Positions 37,487 through 48,228 of a stretch of 64,000 nt of DNA are shown here, piece by piece (the first letter of the stretch is position 1; the number at the start of each line of letters is the position of its first letter). The stretch comes from an uncultured Lachnospiraceae bacterium (GTDB taxonomy: Bacteria; Bacillota; Clostridia; Lachnospirales; Anaerotignaceae). The notes under the pieces were generated by a model that was not told the DNA's origin, did no database searches, and was given only the letters and a program-made list of their open reading frames with translations. The stretch spans positions 74 through 64,073 of the forward strand of contig CALWHO010000181.1 in assembly GCA_944380405.1 (NCBI GenBank), read 5' to 3'. A program made the translations under genes and the position numbers.

Positions 37487-37954
37487 TTACCTGCTTATTC
37501 CAAGATTTTCAAGTATGTCTTTTTGTCTTTTAAACATGTCCTTTTCTTCTTCAGGTGTCATGTGGTCATAACCCATAAGATGAAGCATACTGTGAGCTGT
37601 AAGAAAAGCCATTTCTCTTTCAAAACTATGACCATACTCTTTGCTCTGCTCCAAAGCCTTTTCTACTGAAATAATAATATCCCCAAGTATTATTTCACCC
37701 TCTTCGTTTCGGCTTATTTCTTCGTTTTCTTCAAATGTGAGCTGTGGAAAGCTTAAAACATCTGTTTCCCTATCTATATTTCTAAAATGCTTGTTTATGG
37801 TGTGTATCTCATCATTTGTAACAAATGATACACTTACTTCGCAGTTTAAATCAAAATCTTCATATCTAAGGCTTTCTTCAGCCACAGAATTTATAATCTC
37901 CATTATTTTTGGATTTATATCTTCATCAGTTCTGTTGTCAATTAGCACTGTCAT
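37487..37954 (-). CDS. ybeY: rRNA maturation endoribonuclease YbeY
   Basis: It has the HSMLHLMGYDH metal motif. The ATG at 37954 (MTVLIDN) overlaps the end of the upstream gene by 17 nt. Confidence 0.9.
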   Translation of the reverse strand: MTVLIDNRTDEDINPKIMEIINSVAEESLRYEDFDLNCEVSVSFVTNDEIHTINKHFRNIDRETDVLSFPQLTFEENEEISRNEEGEIILGDIIISVEKALEQSKEYGHSFEREMAFLTAHSMLHLMGYDHMTPEEEKDMFKRQKDILENLGISR

Positions 37955-40088
37955 TTTTATGCTCTGCCTCCCTTGCTTTTTCCGCCTGCTGTGCTTTTTT
38001 AATTTCTTCTGCCTTTGGATAAGCAACTCTTTCGTGATACATGCCCTTAAACATTTTCAAAAATGCCTTTTTAATAATGGCTATTTCTTTAAGGTCAAGC
38101 CTGCAATCGTTAAGCTGACCATCATCAAGCTTGTCCTGAACAAGAACATCGATGAGCTTTTCAACATCTTCTATTGTCTTACCTGCTGACATTGTGCTTC
38201 TTACAGCTGCCTCAACAGTATCTGCCAGCATAACAATAGCCGACTCCTTAGTCTGAGGTATAGGTCCTGGATAACGGAAATCCTCTTCCTTTGTTGTTTC
38301 GCAAGGCTTTTCTTTTGTGCTTTTCATGTAAAAATACTTAACAAGAGTTGTGCCGTGATGCTCTGCTATAATATCTTTTATGGCTTTAGGCAGTCTGTGC
38401 TTTTCAGCCAGTTCAAGACCATTTGAAACATGGTCTATAATCATTTTTGCACTTATGTAAGGATCAAGATCGTCATGGGCGTTTTTATCTATCTGGTTTT
38501 CACTGAAATATAACGGCTTAACAAGTTTTCCTATGTCGTGGTAATATGCACCTGCTCTTGCCAAAGACTCGTTGGCGTATATGTCATAAGCCGCAGTTTC
38601 TGCAAGGTTTGCAACAATAAGGCTGTGATGATATGTTCCAGGAGTTTCAATCATAAGCCTTCGCATAAGCTCATTATTAGGGTTTGTAAGCTCTGCAAGT
38701 CTGTATTTTGAGTTAACTCCAAACATGTTTTCCCAAATAGGTAAGCTTCCAACAGTTATTATAACAAGTACAACGCCCATTACACCTGCAAGAAGACTTT
38801 GATAAAATACACTCCAAGTAAGGCTCTTTGCCAAAAATACCTGTGATGCCATGTATGAAACAATGTTAACTGCTCCAACTGCTAATGACACAGGGAATAT
38901 AAGGGCTCTTCTTTGAGTATATTGAACAAGCACAACAGCAAATGTGCCTGACAAAAGAGCGTATATAAGAAAGTCAACACTGCCTCTGAATATTACAGTG
39001 CCTATTATAGACACAAAAAGATTAAGTGTTATGGCAGTCTTTGGCTTAATAAGCACCGTTGAAAGCATTGCAAAAAGGCTTACAGGCACAAGGGCAAAAC
39101 TTTCCATGTTGGCAGTAAGAGCAAGACCCAGTGCCTCAAAAATATAAATTGCAAAAAGAATTACAAATACATTTCCGCTTTCAAACATTTTCTTTTGCAT
39201 AGAATTAATGTAAAGATAAAATGCTCCAAATGTAAGAAGTATAATAACAACATTTGTGCAGAAAAGTATTATGTTTCCTGTAACCTTTGAATCTGTGTAT
39301 CCAAGAGCACTTAATATATCATAAGCCTCTTTTGTAATTATTTCGCCTTCATCAACTATTTTCTGGTCCTTAAGTATCATTACAGGCTGAACTTCTGCCA
39401 TTTTCTTCTGTCTTGCAGCCTCTATAGCCTCTTTATCCAATATAAGGTTAGGCTCAATAGCAGCCCTTGATACGGCTTTAGCCATATTTTTAAGACCTGT
39501 ATCCCAAGAAAGAGTATCTATAAATCCATCTGATATTTCATAAGACTTATCAAGGGTGTCTTCTGTTATGCCCTGCTCAAAAGCAGCAGCGGCAGCATTT
39601 TTAACATCCTGCTCAAATATTTCTTTTCCTTCTGATGTAAGCTCGTTATATGCCCTGTACTGGTCTGTGCTTACAACTACAGGAAGGCTTAAAGAAGTAG
39701 ATGGCTTGTAGTCACTGAAATCATCAGAGTTTATGTCATAAAGCCTATTTATTATTTCAAGTTCGTTGTTTACTTCGTCAAAATACTTTCCTATGGTAGC
39801 AATAGCTTCCTGGTCTACTTTATCATCATGCTCATAAAGAGGTCCAACAGTTGCCGCTGCTTCCTTCCTTAATTTTTCTGTAGCAACAGTATTTTCAACA
39901 GTTCTTTCTGCCACATATCTTTTAGGCGAAACAGATCCAACCTTTATAGGGTCTGTGCTAAATACAACGCTGTTTGTCAAAAGAAAACAAATTGTAATAA
40001 CACATGACAAAACAAACATAAATATGTTTCCAAATCTTTTTTTCTTTTTGGTACTATCTTTTTTATTTTTACTCATTTGTAATATCAC
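37938..40088 (-). CDS. 7TM-receptor/HD-domain membrane phosphohydrolase (YqfF/PgpH-like)
   Basis: It has an extracellular N-terminal domain, seven TM helices, and an HD domain (HSLIVANL...YHDIGK). The gene has phoH-yqfF-ybeY synteny. The start is either the GTG at 40088 or the ATG at 40076. Confidence 0.85.
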   Translation of the reverse strand: MILQMSKNKKDSTKKKKRFGNIFMFVLSCVITICFLLTNSVVFSTDPIKVGSVSPKRYVAERTVENTVATEKLRKEAAATVGPLYEHDDKVDQEAIATIGKYFDEVNNELEIINRLYDINSDDFSDYKPSTSLSLPVVVSTDQYRAYNELTSEGKEIFEQDVKNAAAAAFEQGITEDTLDKSYEISDGFIDTLSWDTGLKNMAKAVSRAAIEPNLILDKEAIEAARQKKMAEVQPVMILKDQKIVDEGEIITKEAYDILSALGYTDSKVTGNIILFCTNVVIILLTFGAFYLYINSMQKKMFESGNVFVILFAIYIFEALGLALTANMESFALVPVSLFAMLSTVLIKPKTAITLNLFVSIIGTVIFRGSVDFLIYALLSGTFAVVLVQYTQRRALIFPVSLAVGAVNIVSYMASQVFLAKSLTWSVFYQSLLAGVMGVVLVIITVGSLPIWENMFGVNSKYRLAELTNPNNELMRRLMIETPGTYHHSLIVANLAETAAYDIYANESLARAGAYYHDIGKLVKPLYFSENQIDKNAHDDLDPYISAKMIIDHVSNGLELAEKHRLPKAIKDIIAEHHGTTLVKYFYMKSTKEKPCETTKEEDFRYPGPIPQTKESAIVMLADTVEAAVRSTMSAGKTIEDVEKLIDVLVQDKLDDGQLNDCRLDLKEIAIIKKAFLKMFKGMYHERVAYPKAEEIKKAQQAEKAREAEHKNDSAN

Positions 40089-40113
40089 ATCCCATTTGTA
40101 TGGCAGATTTTTA

Positions 40114-41136
40114 CTATCTTCTTCTAAATACGCTTCTTGATGCCTTTTCTTCTATCTTTTCTCGTCTTGCCTGTTTTTTTGCATCTGCCTTTTCGTAGGC
40201 ATTTATAATTTTCTGTACAAGAGGGTGACGCACAACGTCTTTGTTTGTAAGATTCATAATGCCTATGCCCTCTATGTTTTTAACTATGTTTACGGCATCT
40301 GTAAGACCGCTTCTTTTGCCTTCTCCCAGGTCTATCTGTGTTATGTCACCTGTTATTACAGCCTTAGAACCGTAGCCAATTCTTGTAAGGAACATTTTCA
40401 TCTGTTCAGGAGTTGTGTTTTGGGCTTCGTCAAGTACAATAAATGCATTATCAAGTGTACGACCTCTCATGTATGCCAAAGGTGCCACCTCTATAAGACC
40501 TTTTTCCATGTTTTTCATAAACTGGTCAGCACCCATAATTTCATAAAGTGCGTCATAAAGAGGTCTTAAATATGGGTCAACCTTCTGCTGAAGGTCACCA
40601 GGAAGAAAGCCCAGCTTTTCACCTGCTTCTATGGCAGGTCTTGTAAGTATAATTCTGTTTACTTCGTTGTTTTTAAATGCAGTAATTGCCATAGCCATAG
40701 CAAGGTATGTCTTTCCTGTACCTGCCGGACCTATACCAAAAACAATGGTGTTGTTTTTAATCATGTCAGTGTATGCTTTCTGACCAACAGTTTTTGGTTT
40801 GAGAGGTTTGCCATTAACAGTCAGACAAATTAAATCATCATGAAGTTTGTCAATTCCCTCTTCATATTCGCTTTTTTCTTTAACTGCATCAATTGTGTAT
40901 ATTAAAGACTGCTCTGTTATTTCCTCGTTTTTTTCTGCCGCTGTTTTAAGATGCATCAAAACCTGAGCTGCCTTTTCTATGTCAGTGCCTTTTCCAACAA
41001 TCTTTATGCCTTCGTCCCTGTTTACAATACGGACGTTAAATTCCTTTTCTATTTTCTTTATGTTGCTGTCATACTGACCAAATATTGCTGCTATTTTTCC
41101 GCTTTCAACGGCTATTAATATCTCCTTTTGTTCCAT
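40114..41136 (-). CDS. phoH: PhoH-family ATPase
   Basis: It has Walker A (GPAGTGKTY) with an N-terminal KH-like domain. I prefer the ATG at 41136, which follows GAGGTGA. Confidence 0.9.
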   Translation of the reverse strand: MEQKEILIAVESGKIAAIFGQYDSNIKKIEKEFNVRIVNRDEGIKIVGKGTDIEKAAQVLMHLKTAAEKNEEITEQSLIYTIDAVKEKSEYEEGIDKLHDDLICLTVNGKPLKPKTVGQKAYTDMIKNNTIVFGIGPAGTGKTYLAMAMAITAFKNNEVNRIILTRPAIEAGEKLGFLPGDLQQKVDPYLRPLYDALYEIMGADQFMKNMEKGLIEVAPLAYMRGRTLDNAFIVLDEAQNTTPEQMKMFLTRIGYGSKAVITGDITQIDLGEGKRSGLTDAVNIVKNIEGIGIMNLTNKDVVRHPLVQKIINAYEKADAKKQARREKIEEKASRSVFRRR

Positions 41137-42346
41137 CTGTAACCATGTCACCTCGTATGTTATTTGTTGTCACTTCTTCCCCAATATTTTCTATAAGGGA
41201 TATGTATGTATGTATTATTACCTCATCATCAGTTTCATAAATCTCGTCTTTCTGGTCTGTTATAAAAGCATTTGAGTTTAAAAGCTCTTCTTTTTTGCTT
41301 TCTATAATGCTATAACATTCATTAAGAGCCTCTTCAGATGTAAGGCTTTTTTCTTTTTCCTCATAAAAAGATGTATTTATAATTTCTATATCAAAAGGTA
41401 TTTTAAAATCCCCAATAGAAGGACTTATAACCCTTGCTGTTGTTTCGTTATAAAGCTTATTTTCATCAGGCTTAAAAAGAGTCAAAACAGCTTCGCCTAA
41501 AGTAACTTTGTAATACTTGCCTGTTTCGCCTGTAAGCACGTTTTCTGCTTTGTTTTTATTGACCCTTGTTTCAAACTCAACAGCAGTCTTTGCCATTACA
41601 GTACCCTGGGCTTTTTCGTATTTTCTGCCTGTCTCAACTTCGCCGTCTTTTAATATCACCTGACCTTCTATAAGAACGTCACCTTTTTCAACAACATCTC
41701 CTGCTTTAACAACAGCCGTACCTTTTTCGGTCATAATGCTTTCTATAATGCCGTCTTTTTTTGCTATTATGTCCGAAGCATAGTCACCAGGCTCTATAAT
41801 ATCCATTTGCGGCAGTTTTTCCGAAACAGAAACTATAACCTTTGTGCCTTTTATGTTTACAGCTGCCCAGTTTACTGAGTCAAACTCAATTATAATGTCC
41901 TGACCCAGCTTTCTAAAATCGGCTCTATTAATAATACTTCCCGGATATACGCCGTTTTCTTTGCAAAATTCAAGTATTTCACTGTCTGTTACGCTTTTGT
42001 TGCCTTCCACTTCCACAATCCATACAAACCTTGTAAGTATAAATATGGCAAGTGCAAAAATAATAACTCCAACAGAAAAAACTCTCTTTTTGCCTGCTTT
42101 TTTAGCTTTAAAAGGCAAGCCATAGCTTTCCATAACTTCAACACTACATCCGCATTTTTTAGCTGTTTCAAAAATATTTTCAATATCTTTGTAACTAGCT
42201 TTCATCATACGGTCTCTGCCAAAGCTTTTAATGTCCCAAATTATATATCCCTTTAAAGCAGAAAGATTTATAAACCTTTCCACAGAAAAACCAGACACTT
42301 TAATAATAACATATCCCTTTAAATAATTCCACAACCACCAAAACAT
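41105..42346 (-). CDS. yqfD: sporulation protein YqfD
   Basis: The 413 aa protein starts WNYLKGYVIIKVSGFSVERFIN, has one central TM helix, and sits in yqfC-yqfD-phoH synteny. Confidence 0.85.
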   Translation of the reverse strand: MFWWLWNYLKGYVIIKVSGFSVERFINLSALKGYIIWDIKSFGRDRMMKASYKDIENIFETAKKCGCSVEVMESYGLPFKAKKAGKKRVFSVGVIIFALAIFILTRFVWIVEVEGNKSVTDSEILEFCKENGVYPGSIINRADFRKLGQDIIIEFDSVNWAAVNIKGTKVIVSVSEKLPQMDIIEPGDYASDIIAKKDGIIESIMTEKGTAVVKAGDVVEKGDVLIEGQVILKDGEVETGRKYEKAQGTVMAKTAVEFETRVNKNKAENVLTGETGKYYKVTLGEAVLTLFKPDENKLYNETTARVISPSIGDFKIPFDIEIINTSFYEEKEKSLTSEEALNECYSIIESKKEELLNSNAFITDQKDEIYETDDEVIIHTYISLIENIGEEVTTNNIRGDMVTDGTKGDINSR

Positions 42347-42363
42347 ATTCTGCTCCTTAAAAG

Positions 42364-42627
42364 CTATATAAATCTAAAACTTTCTATAATGCCTTCTGCA
42401 ATTATGCATTCTGGGCCCATTGTTTTAAGAACAATATTTTTTCCTGTTACTTCTGCAATGCCTATTGAAGTATTAACCCTTAAAATATCGCTTTCGTATT
42501 TTGCTATGCCTTTTGAGTTTTCAATTATAATTTTATCTTTTCCGGCAATTGTAATCAGGGGACAGCTGCCCACAGTTTCTGACGGTATTTCAATTACTTC
42601 CGAAATTATTTTTCTGACACCTTTCAT
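42364..42627 (-). CDS. yqfC: sporulation protein YqfC
   Basis: The 87 aa protein is YabP/YqfC-like and lies directly upstream of yqfD. Confidence 0.8.
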   Translation of the reverse strand: MKGVRKIISEVIEIPSETVGSCPLITIAGKDKIIIENSKGIAKYESDILRVNTSIGIAEVTGKNIVLKTMGPECIIAEGIIESFRFI

Positions 42628-42971
42628 ATATATCCCCCATATAATCTGTCTTTTATAAATATGATTTTATAAGTCAAAAAATACTTGTAAAAAAATTAAA
42701 GCTGTAATAAACTCTATTTTCAGCAAATTAATGAAATTTAATGTTTTTATTGGTCAATAATACTTAAAGAGCTTGAATTTCAATACTTTTTTCAGCTTAA
42801 TATTAACATTTTATTAATTGAAAAACTGTATAAACTGTTGTATTATATTTAATATGGATTTTTAGGCATATATTAAAGTATGTTTTTTTAATTTATACAT
42901 CTAAACTGTTTTTCCAATAAAAAAACAGTTTTTTATAGTTTATTTAATTTAATTTTCGGAGGTTATATAGT

Positions 42972-44000
42972 ATGTTTTCAAGAGATATGGGTATCGACTT
43001 AGGTACAGCAAATACCCTTGTGTATTTAAAAGGTAAAGGAATAGTTGTTAATGAGCCTTCTGTTGTGGCTGTTAACACACTTACAAAAGAAGTTCTTGCA
43101 GTAGGCAACGAAGCAAAAGAAATGATTGGTCGTACACCTGGAAATATTGTTGCTATACGTCCTATGAAAGATGGCGTTATTGCAGACTTTGATATAACAC
43201 AGGCTATGCTTAAATACTTCATAGGTAAGGCTTATACACGTTCACTTTTTGGTCCAAAGCCAAGAGTTGTTGTGTGTGTTCCTTCTGGCGTTACAGAAGT
43301 TGAAAAACGTGCTGTTATGGAAGCTACAATTGCAGCAGGTGCAAAAAGTAACGATGCATACCTTATAGAAGAACCTATGGCAGCATCTATTGGTGCAGGT
43401 CTTCCTGTAGAAGAACCAGCAGGCAGCATGGTAGTAGATATCGGCGGCGGTACAAGCGAAGTTGCTGTTATATCCCTTGGCGGTATAGTTACAAGCACTT
43501 CTCTTCGTGTTGCAGGTGATGAAATAGATTCTTACATAGTTGGCTATGTAAAAAAAGAATATAACCTTGCTATTGGTGACCGTACAGCAGAAGAAATCAA
43601 AATTTCAATTGGCTGTGCATACCCAAAAGAAACAGAAGAATCTCTTGATATAAGAGGCCGTGACCTTATAAGCGGTCTTCCAAAAACAATTACTATTACA
43701 TCAACAGAAATACTTGAGGCTATTGCAGAACCTATATCAGCTATTATCGACAGCATTAAACAGACTCTTGAATCAACACCACCAGAACTTGCTGCCGACA
43801 TTATGGAATACGGCATAACTCTTACAGGCGGCGGTGCCCTTCTTTCAGGTCTTGATAAGCTTATAACACAGGAAACAGGCATGCCTGTAAATATAGCAAA
43901 CGAGCCTCTTAACTGCGTTGCATTAGGTACAGGTATGGTTCTTGAACATATAGAAACACTTAAAACAGTTCTTCTTTCACCAAGAAAATTAAGAATGTAA
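42972..44000 (+). CDS. mreB: rod shape-determining protein MreB
   Basis: The actin-fold motifs DLGTANT and DIGGGT are present in the 342 aa protein. Confidence 0.95.
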   Translation: MFSRDMGIDLGTANTLVYLKGKGIVVNEPSVVAVNTLTKEVLAVGNEAKEMIGRTPGNIVAIRPMKDGVIADFDITQAMLKYFIGKAYTRSLFGPKPRVVVCVPSGVTEVEKRAVMEATIAAGAKSNDAYLIEEPMAASIGAGLPVEEPAGSMVVDIGGGTSEVAVISLGGIVTSTSLRVAGDEIDSYIVGYVKKEYNLAIGDRTAEEIKISIGCAYPKETEESLDIRGRDLISGLPKTITITSTEILEAIAEPISAIIDSIKQTLESTPPELAADIMEYGITLTGGGALLSGLDKLITQETGMPVNIANEPLNCVALGTGMVLEHIETLKTVLLSPRKLRM

Positions 44001-44019
44001 TCACAAGGAGCGTTATAAA

Positions 44020-44865
44020 TTGAACTTTTTTAATGATTACAAAAAACAGATATTTACCATAGTGGCTGTTATTCTTGCAATAACAGCTGTTATATCTGTG
44101 GGCAAAAAGACAAACGCAACAATTATTGATAATGCCCTTGGCCTTGTGATCACACCTGTTCAAAGCATTACAACAACTGTTGGCGGATGGTTCAGCGAAA
44201 AAATAGGCAATATAAAAGGCGAAAACTCACTTGCAGCAGAAAACGAAGAGCTTCGTGCTCAGGTTGAGCTTTTGGAAACGGAAAATAAACGCCTTTCTCT
44301 TTATGAAGAAGAAAATAAGCGTCTTTCAGAGCTTCTTGAAATCTCACAAAAATACGCTGAATATGAAACAACAGGCGCTGATATCATAGCTAAAGACCCA
44401 AGCAACTGGTACTATACATTTGTAATTAATAAAGGCACAAAAGACTCTCTTGACTCTGAAATGGTACTTATTTCATCAGGTGGTCTTGTTGGCAAAATAA
44501 CAGAAACAGGCTATAACTACTCAAAATGCCAGTCAATACTTGACAGCCGTAGCTCAGTTTCTGCCATGAGCCTTAGAACAGGTGACTTAGGCGTTGTAAA
44601 GGGCGACTACTCACTTATGGATGACGGTCTTTGCAAAATGGAATATATAGACGCTGAAAGCGAAATAATGAAAGGTGACGAAATAGTTACATCAAACTTA
44701 AGCGAAATTTACCCTGCCGGAATTACAATAGGCTATGTTAAGGAAGTTGTTACAGATAACAACGGACTTACAAAATACGCCATTATAGAACCGGAGGTAG
44801 ACTTTAAGCATCTTTCAACACTTCTTGTTGTTATGGACAAAAAAGAAGAGGTGGAAATTAAGTGA
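44020..44865 (+). CDS. mreC: rod shape-determining protein MreC
   Basis: It has a TTG start after AAGGAG, an N-terminal TM helix, a coiled coil (ENEELRAQVELLETENKRL), and a beta-barrel C-terminus. Confidence 0.85.
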   Translation: MNFFNDYKKQIFTIVAVILAITAVISVGKKTNATIIDNALGLVITPVQSITTTVGGWFSEKIGNIKGENSLAAENEELRAQVELLETENKRLSLYEEENKRLSELLEISQKYAEYETTGADIIAKDPSNWYYTFVINKGTKDSLDSEMVLISSGGLVGKITETGYNYSKCQSILDSRSSVSAMSLRTGDLGVVKGDYSLMDDGLCKMEYIDAESEIMKGDEIVTSNLSEIYPAGITIGYVKEVVTDNNGLTKYAIIEPEVDFKHLSTLLVVMDKKEEVEIK

Positions 44866-45386
44866 GAAGAGTTTTAATTATATTTTTAATACTTGTAATA
44901 AATCTTATTTTCCAAACTTCTGTGCTTCCTGCATTTGCTATAAGAGGCATAGTTCCAAACACAGCCCTTATAATAATAATATCATTCTCACTTTTAAGAG
45001 GCAGCTTTGAAGGCTGTCTTGTGGGCTTTTTTGCAGGACTTTTGCAGGACATATTTTTCGGTGATACACTTTGCACATACGCCCTTTTGGGTACAGTGAC
45101 AGGCTTTTTTGCAGGTAAATTTAACCACGGTTTCTTTCGTGAAAACTATGCAACTCCTGTAATTATAAGCATGGCGTCAGCCGTAATATATGAAACTGCA
45201 GTATATGTAATAGGTTTTCTTTTTAAAGGAAACCTCCACTATTTTTATTTTGTAATAACAATTATAGTGCCAGAGGCTGTTTATACGGCTTTATGCACAT
45301 TTATAATCTACAGAATACTCTTTTCTGTAAATGACTATATTGAAAACAAAGAAAAACATAAACGTAAACTTTTCAGCATTAAATAA
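44862..45386 (+). CDS. mreD: rod shape-determining protein MreD
   Basis: The 174 aa polytopic protein has a GTG start that overlaps the mreC stop. Confidence 0.8.
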   Translation: MRRVLIIFLILVINLIFQTSVLPAFAIRGIVPNTALIIIISFSLLRGSFEGCLVGFFAGLLQDIFFGDTLCTYALLGTVTGFFAGKFNHGFFRENYATPVIISMASAVIYETAVYVIGFLFKGNLHYFYFVITIIVPEAVYTALCTFIIYRILFSVNDYIENKEKHKRKLFSIK

Positions 45387-45403
45387 ATGACTTTGGAGGA
45401 AAA

Positions 45404-48208
45404 ATGAGGAATTTATTAAATCGTATGCTGGAATTAGCCAAAAACAGACTGTTTGTTATGCTGGGAGGCATATTGGTAATGTTTCTCATAATCTCCCTTA
45501 GGCTTTTTTATTTGCAGGTAATAAATGGCGAAAGCTATCTGCAAAAATCAACAGCCAGTATTATGCAGACACTTTCAATACCCGCTTCCAGAGGCGTAAT
45601 TTATGACAGATACGGAAGACCATTAGCCACAAATCAGGTGGCTTTTTCCGTAAAGTTTGACGACAGCATTAAAATATCTCTTTCAAATAAAAATTCACAG
45701 CTCTCTGACGCAGTGCTTAAATACGAAGGTACAGAAAATGCAGTAAAAGATACTCTTCCAATAACAAATACTACTCCTCGGTCATTTACATTTACTACCG
45801 AAGAGGAAGAACAGCTTTGGAAAGAATCAATAGGTCTTAGCGGCAGAAATTTAAAAATGACAGCAGATGAGGTATATGATTATCTTTTGGAAAAATTCCA
45901 AATAGATGAAAGCCTTTCAGAAGATGTTAAAAGAAAAATAATGTCTCTTGGCATAAGTACAGATGAAAAAAATCTTCTTATACTTTCACTTATACAGCTT
46001 CTTGATGAAAACGGCGAAACAATATCAGATGAACTGCCTATTTCACAAACACAGCCTTATGAGTTCCTTTTTGACGGTAACGCCACAAAAGAAAACTCAT
46101 GGAAAAAAGAAGTTTCTATGGAAGATGAAGAGCTTAACTACTCTGCTGATGAAACAATAGAATATCTTGTGGACTTTTTTGATGTTCCTCAGTGCTTAAG
46201 CGACAGCACAAAACGCAAAATGCTCTCTATAAGATACTCTCTTTATCTTAAGCGATATAAAAAATATCAGCCTATAACAATAGCACTTAATATAAACACA
46301 AAAACAGTTGCAGCTATTGAAGAAAGAAGTGATATGTTCCCAGGGGTATATATCGACACAGAATCTTTAAGATATTATAATATGGGAGAGTATTTTTCAC
46401 ACATACTTGGATATATAGGCAAAATATCCGATGCCGAATACGAAGAATATAAAGATTATGGCTACTCAACAGACGAAATAATAGGTAAAAGCGGTGTTGA
46501 AAGCCTTTATGAGCTTCAGCTTAACGGTGTTGATGGCGAAATGGTTGTAGAAGTTGACGCATCAGGTCGAAGAATAAGCACACTTGAAACAAAAGAACCT
46601 GTTTCAGGTGACAACGTATTCCTTACTCTTGACTCAAAACTTCAAAAAGTAGCATTTGACAGCCTTGAAACACACCTTGCAGAAACACTTATTTATAAAC
46701 TTACATCTTCAAGGTCTTCAGATATGCCTATATCACTTAAAGAGCTTTTTGTATCAATGGTAAACGGAAATACAGTTTCTATGAAAGGCATATATAATTC
46801 AACAGAACCTGTTTCTTCTACAATACGCTCTATGATACTTGCTGAAATACCAGCATTTGACTATAATAACGAAGAACATGTTGAGCAGGCAAAAAATATT
46901 GTAATTACGGCAATAGAAAATAATACTCTTTCTTACCGTAACCTTACACTTCTTCTTATAGAGCAAGGCATAATTACGGCAGATGCAGAGTATAAAGCCT
47001 CAATAGAAAACGGCACACTCTCTCCTCTTTCTGTAATAATAGAAAAACTTCGTTCAAAGGACCTTCGTCCTTCTGAAACTCAACTGGACCCATGTACAGG
47101 CTCCGTTGTTGTAACAAATGTAAACACTGGCGAAGTTCTTGCCCTTGTAACATACCCTTCATACGACAACAATAAATTTGTAAATACATTTGATTCAGAG
47201 TATTACTCAAAGATATTACAAGACCCTACAACACCTCTTGTAAACAGACCTTTGTCACAGAAAAAGGCTCCTGGTTCAACATTTAAAATGATAACAGCAA
47301 TTGCAGGTCTTGAAACAGGTGCGATTACACCTTCAACACTTATTCAGGATACAGGAACATTTACAAAAGCAGGTACACCTTATGCCAGATGCTGGACAGT
47401 AACAGGCGGCAGTGCAAGCCATGGCTTTATTAATGTTTCAAAAGCCCTTGAAGTATCATGTAACTACTTCTTCTATGAAACATCATACCGTATGGGCAAC
47501 AGCGAAAACGGTACCACAGCAGAAGGTATAGCCGCTATTGCTGAATATGCAGAAGCCTTTGGTCTTGGCGACTACACAGGTATAGAAATAGGCGAAACAT
47601 CACCTAATATAGCTACTCCTGAATATAAAGAAGAAATAACAAAACGCCAGAACCCAGACGCTACATCAAGCCAGACAAGATGGACAGATGGCGATACAAT
47701 ACGTGCTGCCATAGGTCAGTCAGTTAATAACTACGCACCTGTGCATATGGCTAAATATATTGCAACACTTGCTAACGGTGGTACAAGATATACAATGCAC
47801 CTTATAGATAAGGTTGAAACATCAGATGGTACAATAGTAGAACAAAAAACACCTAATGTAGAATATCAGGTAGAAGTATCACCAGAAAACCTTGAAGCAG
47901 TGCATTCTGGTATGCTTGCCGTTACACAGGGCGTAAAAGGTACTCTTAGAACAAAGTTTACAGATTTTCCTATTGATGTAGCTGCAAAAAGCGGTACAGC
48001 ACAGGAAAACTTAAACCGTAGCTCACATACATGGTTTGTGGGTTATGCACCTTATGAAGATCCGCAACTTTCAATTGCCATTATGATTCCATTTGGAGAA
48101 AGCAGCTACTCACCTGCTGCTCTTGTGGCAAAAGATATTATTGCAGAATATATGGGCCTTAACTATGAGGCTGAAAACAATTATATGGATAATGTGCTTG
48201 CATATTAA
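45404..48208 (+). CDS. mrdA: penicillin-binding protein 2 (class B transpeptidase) with an extended N-terminal insertion
   Basis: The 934 aa protein has the SxxK (STFK), SxN (SCN) and KSG(T) motifs in its C-terminal half, and sits in mreBCD-pbp2-minCDE-rodA synteny. Confidence 0.9.
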   Translation: MRNLLNRMLELAKNRLFVMLGGILVMFLIISLRLFYLQVINGESYLQKSTASIMQTLSIPASRGVIYDRYGRPLATNQVAFSVKFDDSIKISLSNKNSQLSDAVLKYEGTENAVKDTLPITNTTPRSFTFTTEEEEQLWKESIGLSGRNLKMTADEVYDYLLEKFQIDESLSEDVKRKIMSLGISTDEKNLLILSLIQLLDENGETISDELPISQTQPYEFLFDGNATKENSWKKEVSMEDEELNYSADETIEYLVDFFDVPQCLSDSTKRKMLSIRYSLYLKRYKKYQPITIALNINTKTVAAIEERSDMFPGVYIDTESLRYYNMGEYFSHILGYIGKISDAEYEEYKDYGYSTDEIIGKSGVESLYELQLNGVDGEMVVEVDASGRRISTLETKEPVSGDNVFLTLDSKLQKVAFDSLETHLAETLIYKLTSSRSSDMPISLKELFVSMVNGNTVSMKGIYNSTEPVSSTIRSMILAEIPAFDYNNEEHVEQAKNIVITAIENNTLSYRNLTLLLIEQGIITADAEYKASIENGTLSPLSVIIEKLRSKDLRPSETQLDPCTGSVVVTNVNTGEVLALVTYPSYDNNKFVNTFDSEYYSKILQDPTTPLVNRPLSQKKAPGSTFKMITAIAGLETGAITPSTLIQDTGTFTKAGTPYARCWTVTGGSASHGFINVSKALEVSCNYFFYETSYRMGNSENGTTAEGIAAIAEYAEAFGLGDYTGIEIGETSPNIATPEYKEEITKRQNPDATSSQTRWTDGDTIRAAIGQSVNNYAPVHMAKYIATLANGGTRYTMHLIDKVETSDGTIVEQKTPNVEYQVEVSPENLEAVHSGMLAVTQGVKGTLRTKFTDFPIDVAAKSGTAQENLNRSSHTWFVGYAPYEDPQLSIAIMIPFGESSYSPAALVAKDIIAEYMGLNYEAENNYMDNVLAY

Positions 48209-48228
48209 AAATAATGGAGGTATTATTG

